From: Planctomycetota bacterium
GTDB lineage: Bacteria; Planctomycetota; UBA1135; UBA2386
DNA: 64,000 nt
NCBI GenBank assembly: GCA_965223545.1
Contig: OZ245006.1
Coordinates: 7,072,001 to 7,136,000, forward strand
Reading direction: 5' to 3'
A program made the position numbers and the translations under genes. This document shows, one piece after another, positions 1-6,859 of the stretch; the first letter of the stretch is position 1, and each line of letters begins with the position of its first letter. The notes under the pieces were generated by a model, which saw nothing but the letters and a program-made list of their open reading frames with translations, was not told where the DNA came from and made no database searches.

Positions 1-190
1 TCTCGCCGCAGCCTCTGCCTCGCGCGAAGGCCTTGCTGGAGGTCGTTCGCCATGCACTGAGCGGTCAACGGAAGCCAGCCTCGGCCGTAGGCTCCCGTCC
101 GTCTCTGGATCGGGTCGAGGAGTGGCTCGTTGCGCACTCGACTTCGCTGTCCTCACGCTGAGCGTCGCAGCGCCAAGAGCAGTACGGACA

Positions 191-1402
191 TCAGAAACTG
201 GCGTTGAAGTCGACGCGCAACCGCCACAACGCGGTGTCCCCTTGTGGCGCCTCGGCGTCGTGCTGCTGGCTGGCGAGTGCCCAGACGTGCAGGTTCGCGT
301 TGTCGAGGATTCGATAGACCACTCCGGCGATGTGGCTGCGGTGGTTCGTGGCCAGCGGAAGGTCGTCCTGCGCGAACGGGGAGAACACGGCGTCGCGCTC
401 GATGACCTGCCATTGGTAGTAGGCGCGCACGCCTCCGGGCTGGTTGGTCGACCCGAGGCCGATGCCGGCTGCCCAGCCGATGTCACCAACGCCGCGCGCG
501 CGTGCGTTGTAGATGACCTCGGCACCGAGCTGCCACGGCAGGCCGTTGCCGTCCCCGGTGAGGCCGACCACCCCGTGCCACAGGCCGAAGTCGGACTGAA
601 ACGCGTCTGGGGTGCCGTCGCCGTCGAGGTCGGCGGTTGCGTTGCCCGTGTTGTGGCGCAGCGCCGCGCGCGATGTCCCCGGCGTCGGGTTGCCGTAGTG
701 GTAGTAGGCCGCGGCGGCTTCGGCGCGCACCGGCGCGGTCGCAGCCGTCGCGGCGGCGAGCTGCGCGAAGCCCATGGCCACGTCGGCGCCGGCGCCGCGT
801 TCGGACAGCCGGTAGCCGCCGGCGACGAGCCGCACCCCTTCGTCGCCGGCGACCGGTAGGTGCAGCGCGCCGGCGATGCCCTCGGGCTGCACGTCGGCGT
901 CCCAGACGAGCTCGCCGTAGATCGGGTTGCGGGCCGCGGGGTGTGCGAACTTGCCGGCCGCGATCCAGCTGTCCGCCCAGCCCGGCCGGTAGCGGACGAA
1001 CGCGCGGTCGAGGCTGATCTCGAATGACTCGAAGAGCTCGCCGAACGTCACGTGGGGTGAGTTGGGATCCTCGGGGTCACCGGTCGTCAGGCGGGCACCG
1101 AGGTCGAGCTGTTCGTGCAATGCACAGCCAATCTCGATACGCAGCCGCAGCCGCTCGCGAAAGCGATCGGGTTGGCCGTGTGCGCCCCAGTTGCTCTCGT
1201 GCCGCAGGCGGACGTCTCCTCCGATCGTCCAGTCCGGCCCGGCGGGCTGCGCGCCGCGCGCGTCTCGCTCGGCCAGGGCGCGTTCGACGGCGCGGGCCAG
1301 CTGCTCGTCGGTCCATGGCGGGTCCTGGCCCGCAAGCGGGCCGCTCAGGGCGCCGGCGACCGCGGTCGCACCGGCGAGGAGGCGGAGGATGCGGGGGCGC
1401 AT
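191..1402 (-). CDS. Putative outer-membrane porin (beta-barrel)
   Basis: N-terminal signal peptide, then GDVRLRHE...RERLRLR...GARLTTGD..DPNS, amphipathic beta strands and a C-terminal Phe (VDFNASF) typical of BAM substrates. Confidence 0.75.
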   Translation of the reverse strand: MRPRILRLLAGATAVAGALSGPLAGQDPPWTDEQLARAVERALAERDARGAQPAGPDWTIGGDVRLRHESNWGAHGQPDRFRERLRLRIEIGCALHEQLDLGARLTTGDPEDPNSPHVTFGELFESFEISLDRAFVRYRPGWADSWIAAGKFAHPAARNPIYGELVWDADVQPEGIAGALHLPVAGDEGVRLVAGGYRLSERGAGADVAMGFAQLAAATAATAPVRAEAAAAYYHYGNPTPGTSRAALRHNTGNATADLDGDGTPDAFQSDFGLWHGVVGLTGDGNGLPWQLGAEVIYNARARGVGDIGWAAGIGLGSTNQPGGVRAYYQWQVIERDAVFSPFAQDDLPLATNHRSHIAGVVYRILDNANLHVWALASQQHDAEAPQGDTALWRLRVDFNASF

Positions 1403-1566
1403 GGGTGGATTGTGGGCGGCCCCCGGCGACCGACAAGTGGTGCGATGCGATCGTCGCTAACGGTGCCGCGGCGCCGAACGTCCAACCCCCCGTGTCGTTG
1501 GGCCGAAGTCTGGCGGTTGCGCCGCCGCGGCCGCCGGTGACGATGGGGCCGCCGGCGATGGCCATC

Positions 1567-2172
1567 ATGTCTTCCTCTCGCCGAACCGAGGGCGGCGCTG
1601 CCGGTGCCGGCGCGCGCCCCCCGCATTCCGACCCGGTGGAGGCGGACCGCGCCCTGCTGCAGGCCGCGGTGGCCGGCGATCGCGGCGCCTGGGCGGCGTT
1701 GTTCGAGCGCTATGCGGCGGTCGTGCACGGCATCGTGCTCTGCCACGCGGGGCCGGCGGAAGCCGAGGACACAACGCAGGACGTATTCGTCACCGCGTAT
1801 CGGCGGCGTGCATCGGTGCGCGACCCAAAGACGCTGCCGGCCTGGCTGTGCGCGATCGCGCGGCACCGCGCGATCGACAGCCGGCGGCGCCGCCGCCGCC
1901 GGCCCGCGCCGGTCTCCGCCGACGAGCTGGCGGCGGCGACGGCGTCGCCGCCGGCGCAGAGCGAAGCCCGGGAGCTCGCCGCGCGGGTGCTCGAGCTCGT
2001 CCGTGGCCTCCCTGAGGCCTACCGGGAAACGTTGGTGTTGCGGTTGGTCGAGGGCCTGGACGGACCGGCGATCGCGCGCTGCACCGGCCTGACGCCGGGG
2101 TCGGTGCGGGTCAACCTGTGCCGGGGAATGGCCTTGCTGCGTCCGCTGCTGCGGGCGGAGGGTTGGTCGTGA
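1567..2172 (+). CDS. ECF-family RNA polymerase sigma factor
   Basis: Region 2 (EAEDTTQDVF, AWLCAIARHRAID) and region 4 (LPEAYRETLVLRLVEGL...SVRVNLCRG). Start re-chosen at ATG 1567. Confidence 0.9.
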   Translation: MSSSRRTEGGAAGAGARPPHSDPVEADRALLQAAVAGDRGAWAALFERYAAVVHGIVLCHAGPAEAEDTTQDVFVTAYRRRASVRDPKTLPAWLCAIARHRAIDSRRRRRRRPAPVSADELAAATASPPAQSEARELAARVLELVRGLPEAYRETLVLRLVEGLDGPAIARCTGLTPGSVRVNLCRGMALLRPLLRAEGWS

Positions 2173-3146
2173 GCCGCGAGCGCGAACCGCGGCCGCCGGC
2201 CGATGACGGCTACCTGTGGCAGGGAAGCGAACCGGTCGATGCCGATGTCGAGACCTTCGAGCGGCTGCTCGCACCGCTGCGACACGCGGCCGGGGCGCGG
2301 CCGCCGGAGCTGGCTCGCGCGCGCGGGCCTGTCGGCGGCACCGGGGCCCGCTGGGCGCTGGCGGCGGTGCTGTGCATCTCGCTCGCCAGCGCGGCTGCGG
2401 GCTGGCTTTGGCTCACGAGTGGGCGCATCGCGGTGACAGTCGACGGCGAGCGGGTCGCGTGGCGGGTCGGTGAGCGGTGGGTGGCGGACGGTACCCGCAC
2501 CGTCGCGCTGGGCGGCGTCGGCCGCTTCGAGGTCGAGGCCGGGACGGAGCTGCGGCTCGAGCAGTGCGACCGCGCTCGCAGCAGCTTCTTCCTGGAGCGC
2601 GGAGCACTGACCGCATTCGTGTTCCCCTCGGTCGAGGCGCGCTACTTCCAGGTCGGCACGCCGGCCGTGCGCTGTGTCGATCTCGGCTGCCGCTACCGGC
2701 TCGAGGTCGACGACGAGGGTGCGGCCCGCGTGCACGTGACCCTCGGTGAGGTGGCCTTCGAGGAGGCGCGCCGCGCGGTGCGGGTTCCCCGCGGCAACGT
2801 CTGCCGGGCCTCGGTCGGCGACGGGGTGTGCACGCCGCGCGCCGCCGTCGATGCCGGGACGCGGTTCGCCGCGCTGGTCGACACCTACGACCGCGCCCTG
2901 GCGGCCGGTGGGGCGCGGGCGGGCGCGGCCGCGGCGCTGCTGTCGGCAGCGACCGAGGCCCGACACTCGCTGGTCGTCTGGCACCTGCTGCAGGATTCCG
3001 ATGCCGCGGTGCAAGCCGCGGGGTGGCGTTGGCTGGTCGCCCGCTACGGCATCGCGCCGGGCCAGCGACGCGAACCCCCGGCGTCAACGAGCCTTGCGCA
3101 GCGGGAGGCCTGGCGGCTGCGCATCCAGGGCGACTGGTATCTCTGA
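2169..3146 (+). CDS. FecR-domain membrane-anchored anti-sigma factor
   Basis: GTGA overlap with the ECF stop; one TM helix; FecR-like FFLERG...VGTPAVRCVDLGCRY...VHVTLGEV. Confidence 0.7.
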   Translation: MSREREPRPPADDGYLWQGSEPVDADVETFERLLAPLRHAAGARPPELARARGPVGGTGARWALAAVLCISLASAAAGWLWLTSGRIAVTVDGERVAWRVGERWVADGTRTVALGGVGRFEVEAGTELRLEQCDRARSSFFLERGALTAFVFPSVEARYFQVGTPAVRCVDLGCRYRLEVDDEGAARVHVTLGEVAFEEARRAVRVPRGNVCRASVGDGVCTPRAAVDAGTRFAALVDTYDRALAAGGARAGAAAALLSAATEARHSLVVWHLLQDSDAAVQAAGWRWLVARYGIAPGQRREPPASTSLAQREAWRLRIQGDWYL

Positions 3147-3248
3147 TCGGCGGCGCGGCGTCGGTGGGCGGGCGCGCGCGGCGCCATCCGGGGCACCGAT
3201 TTTCGTGGTCTCCGGCGTCCACTGGGGCCATGTTGCCGATAACAGTGG

Positions 3249-3263
3249 TGGCCTCTGCGTTGC
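3249..3263 (+). promoter_or_regulatory. Candidate sigma-54 (-24/-12) promoter for the ATPase/coiled-coil/actin operon
   Basis: TGGC-CTCTGCG-TTGC has exact GG-N10-GC spacing and lies about 78 nt upstream of ATG 3341. The match to TGGCAC is imperfect. Confidence 0.35.
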
Positions 3264-3340
3264 CTAGGCCCCGAGTCCGAGGCCGACCGCCGCCGTTACT
3301 GCCCGCAACACCGCCCCCGGGCTCCAATCCGTCCGTGTCC

Positions 3341-4096
3341 ATGTTCCGTTCCCGCAAGTCCGCGCCGCAAGAGCCCGAAGAGGGCGACGAGATGCTGGTG
3401 CTCGTCGACAAGGCGGTGCACCCGTTCATGGTGCTGCTGCACGACCCCGCCGGGTTCCGCGCCGAGCAGGTGCGTGGGTTGCGCAACAAGCTGATCGCCA
3501 TGAACCCCGACGGTGCGCCGAAGACGCTGGTCGTCACCTCGGCGATTCGCGGCGAGGGCAAGAGCGTCACGGCGATCAATCTGGCGATGGCGTTCGCCGA
3601 GATGGAGCGCATGCCGGTGCTGCTCGTCGATGGGGACCTGCGGGCGCCGTCGGTCGAGCGCTACCTCAACCTCAACGAGCAGGCGGGGTTGTCCGACATC
3701 CTCATGGGGCGCGCCGGCCTCGAGCACGTCGTGCGCGAGTCGGTGTACCGCAACCTCGCGGTGATGGGCGCCGGCACCCGGCTCACCGGCCCGTCGGAGC
3801 TGTTGACGGCACCGCGTTTCGAGGAGCTGCTGCTGCGCCTCAAGGAGCGCTACCAGTACGTGATCGTCGACACGCCACCCGTGCTGCCGTCGACCGACGC
3901 CAGCGTCATGGCGGCGCGGGCGGACGGCTGCCTTTTGGTCGTGCGCTTGGAACGTTCGTCGAAGGCGCTGACGCGCGAGGCCATCAAGAACCTGACCGAC
4001 CTAGGCGCCAACATGCTCGGCACGTTCGTCACCGAAGTCCGCGGTGCCGATCCCGAGGCCGATCCGAGGCTCGGCGACAGTCAGGAGGAGTACTGA
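3341..4096 (+). CDS. CpsD/CapB-family (BY-kinase/MinD-like) P-loop ATPase, cytoplasmic, lacking the C-terminal Tyr cluster
   Basis: Walker A GEGKS, Walker A' VLLVDGDLR and Walker B YVIVDTPP, plus AEQVRGLRNKL and PSELL. The tail has only one Tyr (..SQEEY). Confidence 0.85.
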   Translation: MFRSRKSAPQEPEEGDEMLVLVDKAVHPFMVLLHDPAGFRAEQVRGLRNKLIAMNPDGAPKTLVVTSAIRGEGKSVTAINLAMAFAEMERMPVLLVDGDLRAPSVERYLNLNEQAGLSDILMGRAGLEHVVRESVYRNLAVMGAGTRLTGPSELLTAPRFEELLLRLKERYQYVIVDTPPVLPSTDASVMAARADGCLLVVRLERSSKALTREAIKNLTDLGANMLGTFVTEVRGADPEADPRLGDSQEEY

Positions 4097-4891
4097 GTGG
4101 CATCGCTCGGTCAGAGCCTGAAGGAGTCGCTGCGCAAGCTTGCGTACAGCACGTCGGTCGACCAGTTGCGCAAGAAGGGCGTCAAGAACGTCAAGGTGGT
4201 TGGTCTCGACCGCATCGTCGGGCTGATCGAGGAGGCCGTGCACCGGAGCCTGCGCAACAAGCTCATGGGGCTCGAGCGCGAGCGCATCGTCGGCGACACC
4301 TCGGAGGAGTTCCTGCGGCTGCTGAAGAGCAACGAGGAGCTCGAGCGCTTGCGCAGCGAAGCGATGCGCGAGAAGCACCGCGCGGAGGAGGAGATCGACG
4401 AGCTGCGCCGGCAGATCGAGCAGGGACACCGCGAGCTCAGCGAGCGCCTCGAAGAGGGTGAGCGCGAGATGCAGGCCCAGTACGAGGGCCAAAACGCGGT
4501 CATCGCCGAGAAGCTCAACGTGGTGTTTCGCGAGCTGGTGCAGACGCCGGGCGGCGATCTCTCCGGCCTGCGCGAGCGCATGTTCGAGGTCGTCCTCAAC
4601 CTGGTCGATGAAGAGCGTCGGGCCACGGCGCACGCGCAGCAGGCGGCCCGCGACGGCGAGATCGACCGTTTGCAGCGGCGCTTGAGCAAGCTCAAGAGCT
4701 CGCTCGAGGAATCCGAAGCGCGGCTGCTGGATGCCAGCAGTACACCGACCGTCGACGCCGGCATCTCCAGCGTCTATCGGACCGTGCAGGGCATCGACCA
4801 GGGCGACTCGCAGTTCGATCGCAAGCGGGAGCTGATGGCCGACATCTTTCGGGCAAACGTTGCCCTGCAGAAGGGCGATGCGGGATCGTGA
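4097..4891 (+). CDS. Coiled-coil protein of unknown function
   Basis: GTG start immediately follows the upstream stop. Long E/R/L/Q-rich heptad helices, no TM segment, codon pattern like neighbouring genes. Confidence 0.75.
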   Translation: MASLGQSLKESLRKLAYSTSVDQLRKKGVKNVKVVGLDRIVGLIEEAVHRSLRNKLMGLERERIVGDTSEEFLRLLKSNEELERLRSEAMREKHRAEEEIDELRRQIEQGHRELSERLEEGEREMQAQYEGQNAVIAEKLNVVFRELVQTPGGDLSGLRERMFEVVLNLVDEERRATAHAQQAARDGEIDRLQRRLSKLKSSLEESEARLLDASSTPTVDAGISSVYRTVQGIDQGDSQFDRKRELMADIFRANVALQKGDAGS

Positions 4892-4989
4892 CGCGGAGCG
4901 TCTTTGGCCCGCGCATCGCGGCACGCGTGCCGCCGGCCCAGCGAACCAAACGACTGAACCACTACGCAACCGATTCGAGGAACTGAAGC

Positions 4990-6063
4990 ATGACCGAGGG
5001 TGAAGCCGCAGCGGCGGGTAAGGACGGAGCGAAGGATCACGGTGTCCTGTACATCGGCATGGACTTGGGGACGTCGCGGACGGCGATCTCTGCCAGCAAC
5101 GGCGTCCGCGAGTCGATGTTCTCCGCCGTGGGCTACCCCAAGGACGTGGTCAGCCAGAAGCTGCTGAAGAAGAGCGTGTTGTTCGGCAAGGAAGCGCTGG
5201 AGAAGCGGTTGTCGCTCAACCTCTACCAGCCGCTGCAGCACGGTGTCCTGAAGCACAGCGAGGGTGGCGGAGACGAGGCCGATGCCAATGTGCGCGCCGC
5301 GCGCGACCTGATCCGCGCCGCGACCGACATGGCGCAGGCGCGCAAGGACGAGCTGGTCTACTGCGTCATCGGCGCGCCGGCCCAGGCTTCCATCCGCAAC
5401 AAGGAGGCGATCATCGAAGCCGCGCGGGAGACCGTCGATTCGGTGATGCTGTGCAGCGAGCCGTTCGCCGTCGCGTACGGGCTCGACATGCTGGAGGATG
5501 TGCTCGTCGTCGACATCGGCGCGGGCACCACCGACTTGTGCCGGATGCACGGCACGATGCCGGAGGAGTCGGATCAGATCACGACGACTGCAGCGGGTGA
5601 TGCGGTGGATGCCGAGCTCGCCCGGCTGATCGGCGAAACCTGCCCGGGTGCGCAGTTCACCACCCAGATGATCAAGGACATCAAGGAGCGCTTCTCCTAC
5701 CTCGGCGATCCGCTCGGCCGCTGCACGGTGGACCTGCCGGTGAACGGCAAGCCGACCAGCTTCGACCTCACCGATCAGGTCAAGGCCGCGTGCTCGATCC
5801 TGATCCAGCCGATCGTCGATGGGATCAACAAGCTGATCTCGTCCTTCGATCCGGAGTTCCAGGAGCGGCTGCGCCGGCGCGTTCTGCTCGCCGGTGGCGG
5901 TTCGCTGATCAAGGGCTTGGACAACGCGATCGAAGAGGCGATGCAGCGCGACCTCGGCGGTGGCAAGGTGATGCGCATCGAAGAGCCCATCTACGGCGGC
6001 GCCAACGGTGCGCTGAAGATCGCGCACGACATGCCCGAGGAGTACTGGGAGAAGCTCAAGTAG
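4990..6063 (+). CDS. mamK: MamK-like bacterial actin
   Basis: Actin motifs GMDLGTS, SEPFAVAYG, VDIGAGTTD and LAGGGS. It also carries MamK-type segments VGYPKDV, PLQHGVL, IGAPAQAS, GTMPEESDQ, GKP, F.PEFQ and C-terminal MPEEYW, which I recall from Magnetospirillum MamK rather than MreB. Confidence 0.85.
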   Translation: MTEGEAAAAGKDGAKDHGVLYIGMDLGTSRTAISASNGVRESMFSAVGYPKDVVSQKLLKKSVLFGKEALEKRLSLNLYQPLQHGVLKHSEGGGDEADANVRAARDLIRAATDMAQARKDELVYCVIGAPAQASIRNKEAIIEAARETVDSVMLCSEPFAVAYGLDMLEDVLVVDIGAGTTDLCRMHGTMPEESDQITTTAAGDAVDAELARLIGETCPGAQFTTQMIKDIKERFSYLGDPLGRCTVDLPVNGKPTSFDLTDQVKAACSILIQPIVDGINKLISSFDPEFQERLRRRVLLAGGGSLIKGLDNAIEEAMQRDLGGGKVMRIEEPIYGGANGALKIAHDMPEEYWEKLK

Positions 6064-6087
6064 CGCGGGCCGGGGGTACAGACGGCT

Positions 6088-6112
6088 CGCCGGTCACGGC
6101 GGCCGACCGGCG
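6088..6112. terminator. GC-rich hairpin between convergent actin and HAD genes
   Basis: CGCCGGTC...GACCGGCG 8-bp inverted repeat; no clear U-tract. Confidence 0.3.
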
Positions 6113-6116
6113 CCCC

Positions 6117-6836
6117 CTATAGACCGAACTCGCCGCTCAGGATCTCGCGCAGCTCGTAGAAGTCGCGGATCACGTAGTTCGGCTCGGTCGCGCCCTGGTG
6201 CGAGGCGTAGCGCCCGGAGCGCTGGCTGCGCACCGTGATCAGACCCTCGGCGTTGGCGGGGTCGATGTCGTGCGTCGGGTTGTCGCCGACGTAGACGACT
6301 CTGGCCGGATCGAGCTCCAGGTCGGATACCACGCGCCGATACAGCTTGGGGTTGGGCTTGCTGATGCCGATCTGCTCGGTGAAGTAGATCGCGTTGGGGG
6401 TGAGGAAGTCGTAGATCTTCAGCCGGATCAGCTTCTCGGCCTGTTTGATGGTCCAGCCGGCGGAGACGATCCCGCGCAGCACGGGCTTGTCGGCCAGCCA
6501 GCTGAGGACCTCGTAGACGTCGTCGTAGACCTGCAGCTCGCGCCACTTGGTCTCGTGGTAGGCGACCACGCCGGCGGCGACGACCACCGCGGGGTTGACC
6601 CCCCGGCTGGCCTGCCCCGGCAGGCGCTGCACCACCTTGTCGAAGTGCGACGAGTGGTTGCTCGAGAACTCGGTGATGACCTCGGTCAGCTCCTTGAGGC
6701 ACGCCTCACGGCTGGCCTTGAGGCCGGCACGAATCATCGCGTCGACGGCGGCGCGGCGCGCCTTGTCCGCGAACACCGTCGTCGAAAACAGCGTGTCGTC
6801 GATGTCGAAGAAGACCGCTTGGATCTTGCGCGCCAT
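6117..6836 (-). CDS. HAD-superfamily hydrolase (subfamily IA)
   Basis: Motif I FFDIDDTL, motif III GISKPNP, motif IV YVGDNPTHDI. Confidence 0.9.
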   Translation of the reverse strand: MARKIQAVFFDIDDTLFSTTVFADKARRAAVDAMIRAGLKASREACLKELTEVITEFSSNHSSHFDKVVQRLPGQASRGVNPAVVVAAGVVAYHETKWRELQVYDDVYEVLSWLADKPVLRGIVSAGWTIKQAEKLIRLKIYDFLTPNAIYFTEQIGISKPNPKLYRRVVSDLELDPARVVYVGDNPTHDIDPANAEGLITVRSQRSGRYASHQGATEPNYVIRDFYELREILSGEFGL

Positions 6837-6859
6837 CGACGACTCGGGGGGGCTGCCGG

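Noticed and set aside
1..53. Possible start of a minus-strand gene (MANDLQQGLRARQRLRR...) running off the window
   Set aside because: Only 17 codons are visible, too few to support a call.
4082..4096. C-terminal EEY of the ATPase resembles the alpha-tubulin tail
   Set aside because: A three-residue match is expected by chance and is more simply a remnant of the BY-kinase Tyr tail.
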